DNA from: Candidatus Latescibacterota bacterium
GTDB taxonomy: Bacteria > Latescibacterota > UBA2968 > GCA-2709665
DNA: 64,000 nucleotides
Assembly (NCBI GenBank): GCA_965222075.1
Contig: OZ244937.1
Span: 3,136,001 to 3,200,000, forward strand
Direction of reading: 5' to 3'
Below the pieces are notes generated by a model. It saw only the letters and a program-made list of their open reading frames with translations. It did no database searches and was not told the origin of the DNA. Of this stretch, positions 1-9,256 are shown piece by piece (positions within the stretch are counted from its first letter, which is position 1; each line of letters begins with the position of its first letter). The position numbers and the translations under genes were made by a program.

Positions 1-2
1 AT

Positions 3-1694
3 CTATTCCGGGGCAGCGGGGCGATCCGGGTGCTGCACACGTTTGAGAATGACCGTGTGGAGGAGATGTTTACCTGCATCCGGGAATTGAGCCTGCGGTC
101 GGACTTCAAGGTGGGAGGCGCTTTGCAGGGCCGGGTGGGCCGGCGCCGGGTGGAGGGACTCAAGGCTGGGGGGGTGGTACTGCACCAGGGACTGGACAAC
201 CGGTATGTTGTGAGACGGGGAGGGGCGGAGATCGCGAGAGGGCGCCGTGCGGAGGGCAGTGTGGCGTTGCGTGGGGATAGGGGCGGTGTGAGCCTGGTGG
301 TGCGGGATTTCTGGCAGAATTATCCAAAGGGTGTGGCGGTGGATGAGAAGGGGATAACGGTGGGGATCTGTCCGGCGCTGGATGAGGCGGATTATCCGCG
401 TGGAGGGGAACTGGAGGATCGGTTGTATTATTATTTGCTGGATGGGGTGTATAAGTTCAAGGCGGGGGTTTCCCGTACGCACGAGATGTGGTTTCACATT
501 CGGTCAAAAGGCGATGCGCCAGAGGGTTTTGCGGCGTCGGTGCAGCGTCCGCCGCTGTATGGTATGTCGCTTGCAGCGTTCAATAAAAGCCGGGCGCTTA
601 CCCGGCTGCCCGAAAAAGAAAAATCTCCGTTTCCGCCGTATGAAACGTGGGTTGAGACCGTACGCGGCGTTTATGCCGAAGATCGAGAGAAATCCCGCGC
701 TTATGGGATGCTCAATTACGGGGATTGGTTCGGAGAGCGCGTTTATAACTGGGGGAATATGGAGTATGATACGCCCTGGTGTTTTTTGCAGGAGTATCTC
801 AGGGGGGGGCATTCGGATTTTTATACCTGGGCCGAGGAGGCTGCGCGACATCTTGTGGATGTGGATACCGTCCACCATACCGACGAGCCCGACAATTTGG
901 GGTCGCAGTATATTCACTCCGTCGGCCACGTGGGCAATTATTATCCCGATGGGTACCGGGAGCGCGCCATTTTCGCCGGCCGCTGGAGTGTTTCCCATAC
1001 CTGGGTGGAAGGTCTTTTTCTTTACCATCTTCTCACGGGCGATGCCAGGGCTCTGGAAAGCGCAATGCAGACGAGCAATTTGCTGGTTGGGAATATGCTC
1101 AACGACTATGATTTCACGAACTGTCGCAATTGCGGGTGGCACCTGATTCATCTGGCCGCCGCGTACAAAGCCACCGGCCGACGCGTGTATCTGAATGCCG
1201 CCCGTACGATCGTGGATCGCGTGCTGGAGCGGCAAAAGCCCTCCGGCGGATGGGAACGGCTTATGGTTCCCGGACACTGTTTCTGTTATCCGCTCCGGCA
1301 TATGGGCAATGCCGGGTTTATGGTTGGCGTGTTGATGGCGGGGTTGCGTCGGTTCTACGAAGCGACGGGTGAAAAACGCGTTCGAGATGCGATTGTCCAT
1401 GCCGCTACGTTTTGCATCGATGATATGTGGGTGCCCGAAAACCGGGCGTTCCGGTACACGTCGTGTCCCAAATCTTCGGTGGGGCGGTCCGCCGATATGG
1501 CCATTCTCAAAGGAATTGCTTTTGCCTACGATGTTTCCGGGAATGAACGGCTGAGGGAGGTTCTTTTCGAGGGGGTCCGGTCCGCTATGGCCCAGCGGGA
1601 GACGCGGGCGCACCGGGGCGTGGGTAAGAGCATTGGTATGCCGATGCGCGGAGCTTACCAGGTTCTTGTGGATCTGCCGGAACGGTCGGTGTGA
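3..1694 (+). CDS. PcRGLX/YetA-like (exo-rhamnogalacturonan lyase-type) protein, 5'-truncated by window edge
   Basis: Frame open from base 3; VRDFWQNYPK, YGMLNYGDW and WGNMEYD motifs resemble the YetA/PcRGLX beta-sandwich plus alpha/alpha toroid family. Confidence 0.6.
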   Translation, partial: LFRGSGAIRVLHTFENDRVEEMFTCIRELSLRSDFKVGGALQGRVGRRRVEGLKAGGVVLHQGLDNRYVVRRGGAEIARGRRAEGSVALRGDRGGVSLVVRDFWQNYPKGVAVDEKGITVGICPALDEADYPRGGELEDRLYYYLLDGVYKFKAGVSRTHEMWFHIRSKGDAPEGFAASVQRPPLYGMSLAAFNKSRALTRLPEKEKSPFPPYETWVETVRGVYAEDREKSRAYGMLNYGDWFGERVYNWGNMEYDTPWCFLQEYLRGGHSDFYTWAEEAARHLVDVDTVHHTDEPDNLGSQYIHSVGHVGNYYPDGYRERAIFAGRWSVSHTWVEGLFLYHLLTGDARALESAMQTSNLLVGNMLNDYDFTNCRNCGWHLIHLAAAYKATGRRVYLNAARTIVDRVLERQKPSGGWERLMVPGHCFCYPLRHMGNAGFMVGVLMAGLRRFYEATGEKRVRDAIVHAATFCIDDMWVPENRAFRYTSCPKSSVGRSADMAILKGIAFAYDVSGNERLREVLFEGVRSAMAQRETRAHRGVGKSIGMPMRGAYQVLVDLPERSV

Positions 1695-1882
1695 GGGGTG
1701 ATGTTTGGAAGCAGATCATACGTCCCGGGATCTTATGTCACCGAACCTGTTGTGAGCAGCCATACCTTGAAGCATCTGATGGCTGCTGTTGCCACGTACC
1801 GGATTTTGCGGATGCTCCGGAAGCGACATCCCGAACAAGCTGTACAGATCGTTAACTGAAGTCCGGGTCAAAGGAGGACGGT

Positions 1883-3136
1883 GTGGCGAAGGTACCGAAA
1901 AAAACGGATCTGGCGATGTACGGGGGCAGGCCGGTGCACAGCAGGCCGTGGCGGAGTGGGCCATTTCATTTTTCGGCGGAGATTGAGGCCTTGAAGAAGG
2001 TGCTCTCCGGGCCGGCGCTACCGCTGGCGCGGGGACAGTCGGTGATGGCCTACCGGGAGGCGTTGCAGGAACTTTACGGGATGAAGTATGCGATACCGAC
2101 AAGTTCGGGGACCGCGGCCATCCACGTGGCCTTAGCCGCCGCGGATGTGGGCGCAGGAGACGAGGTGATTGTGAGTCCACTGACCGACTACGGGAGTGTT
2201 GCCGGAATTTTTCAGCTGAATGCGATTCCGGTGTTTGCCGATGTGCAGGCGGACGGGATGCTGATGGATGTAAATGCGATCACGGAGCGGATCACGCCCC
2301 ACACGCGGGTGATTATGCCGGTGCACAACGGGGGATATGCGGTGGATATGCCGGTTCTGATGAAGCTGGCCAGAAAACACAAGATTACGGTTTTAGAGGA
2401 CTGCGCCCAGGCGCACCTGGCGTCGATTGGAGGAAAATACCTGGGCACGTTTGGACACCTGGGGGCGTGGAGTACGAACGAGAGCAAGCATATGAAGTCA
2501 GGGGAGGGGGGGTTTGTGCTGACGAACAACCGAAAGGTGGCGGAGAGGGCGGATCTGTTTTCGGACAAGTGCTATCCCCGGTTTCCCGGTGCGCCAAAGA
2601 CGCCTGCGTTTCCGGCGGTGAACGTGCGGTTGAGCGATGTGAATGCGGCCCTGGCACTCTGTCAGCTGAAGCGGCTGCCGAAGTGGACCGAGCGCCGGCA
2701 GGCGTTCGGAGAAGCGTTATTGGAAGGGATCGAAGGAGTTCCGGGCCTGTGGGCGCACCCGCAGCCGGGTGGGTCGGCGCCGAATTACTGGTGGACAATG
2801 TTCGGGGTGGATCAAGAGGCGCTGGGGGTGGATGCAGCGGCGTTTTCCGAGATGGTTCGCGCAGAAGGCATCCCGGCCGGGGCCGGGCGCGAGCCGAACG
2901 TGCTGAAATGGGAAATCTTCCGCCGGTTGAACCGGGACCCGAAGGCGTTCAGGAGCTACCGGCCGGGACGGTTGAAAAAAGGGGCTTTTTCGCTGGATTC
3001 GGTCCCAAATGCGAGAACATTTGGAAGGCGTATTGTGACGGTCCGGATGAGCCAGCACAATACGGTGGGGGAGGCGAGGGCTGCGGCACGTGCCGTGCGG
3101 AAGGTGGTGGGTGCGCTGCTGGGCCAAAAAGTGTAA
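1883..3136 (+). CDS. DegT/DnrJ/EryC1/StrS PLP-dependent aminotransferase
   Basis: SSGTAAIH, GDEVIV, LEDCAQAH, STNESKHM (PLP Lys), GEGG; GTG start after GGAGG. Confidence 0.9.
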   Translation: MAKVPKKTDLAMYGGRPVHSRPWRSGPFHFSAEIEALKKVLSGPALPLARGQSVMAYREALQELYGMKYAIPTSSGTAAIHVALAAADVGAGDEVIVSPLTDYGSVAGIFQLNAIPVFADVQADGMLMDVNAITERITPHTRVIMPVHNGGYAVDMPVLMKLARKHKITVLEDCAQAHLASIGGKYLGTFGHLGAWSTNESKHMKSGEGGFVLTNNRKVAERADLFSDKCYPRFPGAPKTPAFPAVNVRLSDVNAALALCQLKRLPKWTERRQAFGEALLEGIEGVPGLWAHPQPGGSAPNYWWTMFGVDQEALGVDAAAFSEMVRAEGIPAGAGREPNVLKWEIFRRLNRDPKAFRSYRPGRLKKGAFSLDSVPNARTFGRRIVTVRMSQHNTVGEARAAARAVRKVVGALLGQKV

Positions 3137-3169
3137 GAAGCTGTTTTGATATCCTGACGGAGCCGGTTT

Positions 3170-3916
3170 ATGCATACGAGCAAAGTGCTGAAATCTTCGG
3201 ACTTTCAATTCAGGCGGTTGGGTGAGAATGGGGCCGTTGACGTTGATTTCGATTCACTCTGCCCAAATTATCATCGGCTGGACCGGACGGGCGTAGTCTC
3301 TCCCCGTCTGGAAGACGGCGTGCTCAATGCAGGGTATGCGATTCTGGCGCAGACGACGGCTTTTTACGATGTTCTGCGTTCTAAGATGGACGACTTTTTC
3401 GAGTACCCCCAACATCTCGCGTTTCTGGATGTGAACGATGAGGGGGTGAATACCCGATGTGGACGGCTGGACGGACGGACGGCGATGGGAGGGCCGTGGA
3501 GCAGTCTGGATGTCTGGCCCCAATCGAACTGGATTTCGGCGTCCGGGACGGTTTCGGGGATGCTTCATAAGGTGTATGATCTGCACGTCAACCGGCTGCT
3601 CTGGCCGGAGGATTTTATGCCGGGGCCGGACGAAGCGACCCTGCCCTCTTACGTGTGCCGGAGGATGCTGAAGACGAGGCTGAAGGGCGTTACCTATTAC
3701 AATGCGTCGGCTCCCAACGTGGAGGTGCGGGTTACACAGCCCGTGGAAGATATCGTCCGGACGAGTATCGGACGGCTGCCCGGAGGGGAAGGGGAGCCCC
3801 GAGGGGTTATTGAGCCGGCAGACGGCGATTTTCTGTATGTTGAGCGTTATCGCCAGGTCGGTGTTGATGAATTTCTGGAGACAGTGGACGGCTGCTTTGA
3901 TCCTGCGTCTCAGTGA
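3170..3916 (+). CDS. hypothetical protein
   Basis: 248-aa ORF with GGAG RBS, protein-like composition (TTAFYDVLR...FFEYPQH); no recognisable domain. Confidence 0.7.
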   Translation: MHTSKVLKSSDFQFRRLGENGAVDVDFDSLCPNYHRLDRTGVVSPRLEDGVLNAGYAILAQTTAFYDVLRSKMDDFFEYPQHLAFLDVNDEGVNTRCGRLDGRTAMGGPWSSLDVWPQSNWISASGTVSGMLHKVYDLHVNRLLWPEDFMPGPDEATLPSYVCRRMLKTRLKGVTYYNASAPNVEVRVTQPVEDIVRTSIGRLPGGEGEPRGVIEPADGDFLYVERYRQVGVDEFLETVDGCFDPASQ

Positions 3917-4030
3917 GACGGAATCGGCAAGGTGGAAATGCTCAGAACCTTCGTCCCCTCCCGGATCAGGGGCATCCACCTGATCCCGTGAAAAAGTGTC
4001 CGAACCATTCATGAAATTGCGAGGTGCATA

Positions 4031-5383
4031 TTGGCCGGAGGTCCGTTGTTGGAACTGCTGGCTGCCCGTGTCGCTTCGGGTCAGCCGCTGAGGGTGGGGC
4101 TGATTGGGGCGGGTAAATTCGGGACGATGTTTTTAAGCCAGGCCCGGCGCGTGGCGGGGCTGCACGTGCTGGGGGTGGCCGACCTGTCGCTGGAACGGGC
4201 GCGTGAGGCGCTGATCCGGGCTGAGTGGCCGCCGGAGCAGTTTGCAGCGGGCGGTTTTGTTCAGGCGCTTGAAACCGGTTCCACCTGTCTCACAGACGAC
4301 GGTGAGGCGCTGATCCGGGCCGACGGCCTGGATGCCATGATTGAGGCGACGGGCAATCCGGCTGCGGGGATCGGCTACGCGCTGAAGGCGTTTGAGAACG
4401 GGCGGCACGTGGTCATGGTCAATGTGGAGGCCGATGTGTTGGCCGGGCCGCTCTTAGCCGAACGGGCCGCTGCTGCCGGTGTGGTCTACAGTCTGGCCTA
4501 CGGCGACCAGCCGGCCCTGATCTGCGAACTGGCCGAGTGGGCCCGGGCCAGTGGTTTTGAGGTGGTTTGTGCGGGCAAGGGGACCAAATATCTGCCGGCC
4601 TACCATGCGTCTACGCCCGATACGGTCTGGGAACACTACGGGTTCAGCCGGGAGCGGGTAGCGGAGTTGAACGCCCGGATGTTTAACGCTTTCTTAGACG
4701 GCACCAAGTCGGCGATTGAAATGGCGGCGGTGGCAAATGCAACCGGTTTGTCGCCCCAGCCGGAGGGGCTGGGGTTTCCGCCCTGCGGGGTGGAGGAGCT
4801 GGCAAGTATCTGCAGGCCCGGCAGCGACGGGGGGCAGCTTGCGCACAAAGGGACGGTCGAGGTGGTGTCCAGCTTGAAACGGGACGGAGGCGCCGTTGAT
4901 CGGGACCTGCGCTGGGGGGTCTACGTTGTGATTGAAGCGCCGGGGGACTACATCAGCCAATGTTTTTCCGAATACGGGCTGCCCGTCGATTCTACCGGGC
5001 GTTATGCGGCAATGTACAGGCCCTATCACCTGGTGGGCATGGAACTGACGGTGGGTGTGCTCAGGGTGGGCTTGCGGGGTGAGGCAACCGGGTTTCCGGT
5101 CGAGTTCCGGGCGGATGTTGCTGCAACGGCCAAAAGGGACCTGTCAGCGGGTGAGGTACTGGACGGAGAGGGGGGATTTTGTGTCTACGGCAGGCTGATG
5201 CCGGCCGGGGCTGCGCTGAAGGAGGGCACGCTGCCCATCGGTCTGGCGCACCATGTGAAGCTGAAGCACAGTGTGGCGGCGGGTCAGCCTGTTCGGTGGG
5301 ATGACGTCGAATACAATGAGGCAGATCCGGTGGTTCGCTTTCGTCGCCGGATGGAGCAGCGTATGGCGGAGGGGCAGGGATGA
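4031..5383 (+). CDS. homoserine dehydrogenase-like NAD(P)-dependent oxidoreductase with C-terminal SAF domain
   Basis: GLIGAGKFG Rossmann motif, HVVMVNVEAD, GDQP, FLDGTKSAIE, AKRDLSAGEVLDGEGG SAF motif. Confidence 0.85.
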   Translation: MAGGPLLELLAARVASGQPLRVGLIGAGKFGTMFLSQARRVAGLHVLGVADLSLERAREALIRAEWPPEQFAAGGFVQALETGSTCLTDDGEALIRADGLDAMIEATGNPAAGIGYALKAFENGRHVVMVNVEADVLAGPLLAERAAAAGVVYSLAYGDQPALICELAEWARASGFEVVCAGKGTKYLPAYHASTPDTVWEHYGFSRERVAELNARMFNAFLDGTKSAIEMAAVANATGLSPQPEGLGFPPCGVEELASICRPGSDGGQLAHKGTVEVVSSLKRDGGAVDRDLRWGVYVVIEAPGDYISQCFSEYGLPVDSTGRYAAMYRPYHLVGMELTVGVLRVGLRGEATGFPVEFRADVAATAKRDLSAGEVLDGEGGFCVYGRLMPAGAALKEGTLPIGLAHHVKLKHSVAAGQPVRWDDVEYNEADPVVRFRRRMEQRMAEGQG

Positions 5384-5423
5384 GAACGGGTGCCGAAGGC
5401 AACGGGCGACCGGTTTAAGCGAC

Positions 5424-5458
5424 TGCCGTCAGAGGTGAATTCTGACGGCATTTTCTCT
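5424..5458 (+). terminator. intrinsic terminator
   Basis: TGCCGTCAGA-N7-TCTGACGGCA stem followed by TTTTCTCT. Confidence 0.7.
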
Positions 5459-5547
5459 GGTCGTTTTCTACGCGTCCCAGGTTGCGGTATTCCATCGGGA
5501 TCTCCTTCTATTTGGAACCACCGATGAACAGGTAGAGGGGGTTAGGT

Positions 5548-6531
5548 TCATTCCATCGGATATCTCAGCCCCCACTGCTCACGGATCTGGTCGAGGGTTC
5601 CCATAATAGCAAGGGTTTCGTCCAGGGGCATGGTAGCGCTTTCTTTTTTGCCTTCCTGCAGGCAGCGCATGGCTTCGGCGGCTTCGCAGGTGTAGCCGTT
5701 GCCGTCGTAGGGGAGTTCGAGGGTTTGCTCACTGCCGCCTGTTGTGAGGGTGGCGGCCGTGGCGCGCCAGAAGGAGGGGTGGATCCGGATAGCGCCTTTA
5801 GAGCCGAGGATCTGTGCGCTCTGGGGCGTGCCGGCCCGGATGGTGCTGTAGAGGAGGGCGAGCTGGCCCTGGTCGTATGCGAAGAGGATGCCCGACTGTT
5901 CATCGATGTCGGTCTCTCCAATGTGGGCGAGGCTGGCGATCCGCGACGGCTGTCGGCCAAAGACCATGGAGGCAAAAGAGACGGTGTAGACGCCCAAGTC
6001 GAGGAGGGCCCCGCCTCCCAGGTCGGGGTTGAAAAGCCGGGATTCGGGGTTAAACCCGGCCCGGCCTCCGAAGTCGGCGGTGACCACCTGGACGTCGCCG
6101 ATGGCGCCTTCGAAGAGCCAGTCGCGGACTTTTGCGATGATAGGGAGGAAGCGGGTCCACATGGCTTCCATGAGGAAGAGGTCTTTTTCCCGGGCCAGAG
6201 CGATGACTTCTCCGGCTTCCCGGCGGTTGATGGTGAAGGGCTTTTCACAGAGGACGGCTTTGCCGTCGTTCAGGCAGAGGATGCTGTTTTCCCTGTGGAA
6301 GGTGTGGGGCGTGGCCACGTAGATGATGTCGACGTCGGGGTCGTTTGCCAGGGCATCGTACCTGGCGTGGCGGTTGGGGACGTTGAATTCATCGGCGAAG
6401 GCATGTGCCGTATCGGCTGCCCGGGAGCCGACGGCAGTCAGGTCGGCATCCGGGAGAGCGGAGAGGCCCTCGGCGAATTTCCGGGCGATTTTGCCGGTGC
6501 CGAGGATGCCCCAGCGGGTTCGGACGTTCAT
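5548..6531 (-). CDS. Gfo/Idh/MocA family oxidoreductase
   Basis: WGILGTGKIA, YVATPH, VLCEKP, GGGALLDLGVY; start placed at MNVRTRW after GAGGAG. Confidence 0.9.
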   Translation of the reverse strand: MNVRTRWGILGTGKIARKFAEGLSALPDADLTAVGSRAADTAHAFADEFNVPNRHARYDALANDPDVDIIYVATPHTFHRENSILCLNDGKAVLCEKPFTINRREAGEVIALAREKDLFLMEAMWTRFLPIIAKVRDWLFEGAIGDVQVVTADFGGRAGFNPESRLFNPDLGGGALLDLGVYTVSFASMVFGRQPSRIASLAHIGETDIDEQSGILFAYDQGQLALLYSTIRAGTPQSAQILGSKGAIRIHPSFWRATAATLTTGGSEQTLELPYDGNGYTCEAAEAMRCLQEGKKESATMPLDETLAIMGTLDQIREQWGLRYPME

Positions 6532-6549
6532 CCAGGTTCTCCTCTTGTC

Positions 6550-6577
6550 GTTGGGGCACGGCATGCCGTGCCCTTAC
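6550..6577. repeat. REP-like palindrome
   Basis: Perfect 20-bp palindrome GGGCACGGCATGCCGTGCCC with a GTAA foot on the minus strand, in an intergenic position. Confidence 0.65.
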
Positions 6578-6617
6578 AATATCCTGGGTAGTCGCAAGAC
6601 TTAGCGAGAGGACCATT

Positions 6618-8447
6618 TTACCCGGCCGATGGCAGAACCCCCGGCAGGATCGCTTCCAGTTGCTTTAGGGGGTCTTCGAGGCTGCGGATGGCTTCGACCC
6701 AGAAGTCGGGGGCTTCGAGGTCGCGGCCGATGCTGTGGCGGGCCACGTTTTCGGCGGTGTCGCTGCCGGTGAGGCGGAGGAATGCCTCGTACCTGGGGAG
6801 AAAGTCCGGGCCCTCTTTCTGGAACATGGCGAAGAGCCCCCGGCTTAAGAGGAAGCCGAAGGTATAAGGGAAGTTGTAGAAGGTGAGGCCGGTGATGTAG
6901 AAGTGGAGCTTGGAGGCCCAGAAGTAAGGGTCTTCAGCGCCTTCCTGGAGGACGTCGCCGAAGATGCGCTGTTGGGTTTCAACCATCAGGTCCTTGAGGC
7001 GGCTGACGCTCAGTTCGCCGCTGGCCCGCTCACCGTAGAGGGCCTTTTCAAATTCGTAGCGCACGGGGATGTCCATCAGGAAAATGGCGCCGTGGCCGAT
7101 TTCCATGTCCAGGGTGAGGGCCTTTTGGGCGTCGCTGATGTCGGGATCTCCCAGGATGCCCTCCGTGAGGATCATTTCGCCAAAGGTAGAGGCCGATTCC
7201 GCCAGGGTCATCGGGTAGTCTTCCGCGTAGGGACGCAGGTCGCGCAGGACGTGGCTGTGGAAGGCATGGCCCGCTTCGTGGGCCAGGGTGCGCACGTCGC
7301 CCAGGGTGTTGTTGTAGGTCATAAAGATGCGGGACTCCCGGGTAAGCAGCGAGCCGGTGCAGAATCCCCCCGGGCGCTTGCCCGAACGGGGCTCCCAGTC
7401 GATCCAGTTCTGGTCGTACATACGTTGAGTGAACTCCCCAAGCGCCGGATAGGCCCGGGTGAAGGCGGTCTGTACAAGGGCTTTGCTCCGGTCCCAGGAG
7501 AGGGGCTTCTGGTCGGGGAGCGAGAGGGGCGCGCCCAGGTCGTACCAGGCGATGCGGTCGGCGCTTAGGGTTCTGGCCTTGAGACGGAGGATGCGCCGGG
7601 GGAGATCGAGTTCGGAAAAGATGGCTTCGAACATGGCGTCCAGGGTCTTCTGCGTGATGGCGGCCTGGAAAAGGGCGATTTCCAGGAAGTGGGGGACGTC
7701 CCGGCAGCGGTACAGGGTCAGGCGCGTGCCCGAGATGGCATTGATCGCGGCTGCGGCCACGTCTTCGACGGTCTGCCAGGCGGCGTTTCCGCCTTCAAAG
7801 GCCGCCCGGCGGACACGGCGGTTCGGGTTTTCCATGAGCGACCGGCGCTGTGAGATGGGGAGGCGCTCCCGGCGCCCGTCGGGATAGTCCATGTCGAATT
7901 CGAGCTTTCCGGAGAGGGTGTCGTAGAGGCGGCCCCAGGCATGGATGCCGTCCACGCCCAGATCGGCGGCCAGGGCCTCCCGGTCGGCATCCATCGTATA
8001 GCGCGCTTCCTGGCGCATCCGGCTGAGGAAGTACCCGGCACCCTCGAATGCCTTCCGGCCGGCGAAGGCCTCGAAGAGGTCGTCCGGGATTTCTTTGAGG
8101 GCCCGGAGCTGGTGGACGCCGAGTTTGGAGAATTCGGCCCACATCCGCGCCAGGGCGCCCTCTTCCCTGAGGTAGGCCTCGTTGCGCGCATCAGCGGCGG
8201 TGAGACACCCGGTGTAGGAACTGAGGTGCGAGAGACGGGTGAGGATGTCTTCGCTTTTGATGAAGACGGCTTCCCATTCGGCCTGGTTGCTCTCTTCTAA
8301 GGGCGCGAGGCTGCCTGCGGTTTCCAGGAGCACCCCGATGTCCTTTTGGAGGGCGTCTTTGAACTGCACCATTTCCGGCCCGTTAAATTCCGGGAAGTAG
8401 CTGGTGAGGTCCCAATTCATGACCTGGTCTGAGGGTGTTTCTGCCAT
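6618..8447 (-). CDS. pepF: M3B oligoendopeptidase F family
   Basis: N-terminal WDL, GKRPGGFC, TLAHEAGHAFH (HExxH), LAESASTFGE, FYNFPYTFG. Confidence 0.88.
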   Translation of the reverse strand: MAETPSDQVMNWDLTSYFPEFNGPEMVQFKDALQKDIGVLLETAGSLAPLEESNQAEWEAVFIKSEDILTRLSHLSSYTGCLTAADARNEAYLREEGALARMWAEFSKLGVHQLRALKEIPDDLFEAFAGRKAFEGAGYFLSRMRQEARYTMDADREALAADLGVDGIHAWGRLYDTLSGKLEFDMDYPDGRRERLPISQRRSLMENPNRRVRRAAFEGGNAAWQTVEDVAAAAINAISGTRLTLYRCRDVPHFLEIALFQAAITQKTLDAMFEAIFSELDLPRRILRLKARTLSADRIAWYDLGAPLSLPDQKPLSWDRSKALVQTAFTRAYPALGEFTQRMYDQNWIDWEPRSGKRPGGFCTGSLLTRESRIFMTYNNTLGDVRTLAHEAGHAFHSHVLRDLRPYAEDYPMTLAESASTFGEMILTEGILGDPDISDAQKALTLDMEIGHGAIFLMDIPVRYEFEKALYGERASGELSVSRLKDLMVETQQRIFGDVLQEGAEDPYFWASKLHFYITGLTFYNFPYTFGFLLSRGLFAMFQKEGPDFLPRYEAFLRLTGSDTAENVARHSIGRDLEAPDFWVEAIRSLEDPLKQLEAILPGVLPSAG

Positions 8448-8550
8448 TTGTCTCTCCCTTTGGGTGCAGCGGAAATCTCGCTGCCGCACTGTTTACATTT
8501 GACCTGCATGCTTCCTTTATGTGCCCTCTCCTGTGCTCCTTCCAGGCCGT

Positions 8551-9045
8551 TTACACATGTTTCTTAGGATAATCGAAAAAGACAACAGTTCCCCCCCCTT
8601 CCGAGATCTCTTTCCAGGAATCGATATCGAAGTCGATACAAAAGATACCGCAGGTGGGGATGTTTTCGACCCGGTAGTGGGTCAGGTGTTCCACCAGCAT
8701 GGTAATTCCGGGGTTGTGCCCGTACATCATCACGTGGTGAACGGCGTCGTCGATATTGCGGATCACGTCGAGCAGATCGGATATCCCCGCCGCATAGATG
8801 GACGCGTCGGCAACGATTTTTTTTACCGGAAAGTCGAGTTCCTTCGCGATGATTTCGGCAGTTTTCAAGGCCCTTTTTGCGGGGCTGGAGATCATGAGAT
8901 CTGGCTTGGATTCGTGTTTTTTCAGGCGCTTTCCCATAAACGGGGCGTCTCTTTTCCCGCGTTTGTTCAATGGTCTCTCGAAGTCGGTCAGCTCCGGATG
9001 CTTCCAGCTGGATTTTGCATGTCGGATTAGATACAGCCGTTTCAT
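8551..9045 (-). CDS. sixA: SixA-like phosphohistidine phosphatase
   Basis: LIRHAKSSW, DFERPLNKRG, SSPAKRA, GHNPG. Confidence 0.85.
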   Translation of the reverse strand: MKRLYLIRHAKSSWKHPELTDFERPLNKRGKRDAPFMGKRLKKHESKPDLMISSPAKRALKTAEIIAKELDFPVKKIVADASIYAAGISDLLDVIRNIDDAVHHVMMYGHNPGITMLVEHLTHYRVENIPTCGIFCIDFDIDSWKEISEGGGTVVFFDYPKKHV

Positions 9046-9256
9046 CTGTTATCCGTCCTTTCGCCTGCTACCGGGTGTGTCTGAAAAATTTTCGGAATTC
9101 GGCCCTGCGTAAAGCCCGAACAGCGATGCCCCGGGTACAATCAGGCGCAGAGCCCGTACGCCTGCTGCCCCTTCGATCACGGGTGTGGAAGACCCAGAGG
9201 CATTGGCCGGGGGCTGTAGAATATATAGGCGGAAGGGGGCTGGGACCCCGCATGAT

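Noticed and set aside
504-1613. Long antisense and alternate-frame ORFs throughout the track (e.g. 504-1613, 15716-16978, 21414-22535, 24221-25420, 43863-44984)
   Set aside because: They are shadows of motif-supported genes; such ORFs are expected at high GC and show no family motifs
9070-9095. GGGTGTGTCTGAAAAA as an IS terminal repeat
   Set aside because: No matching second end, target duplication or transposase
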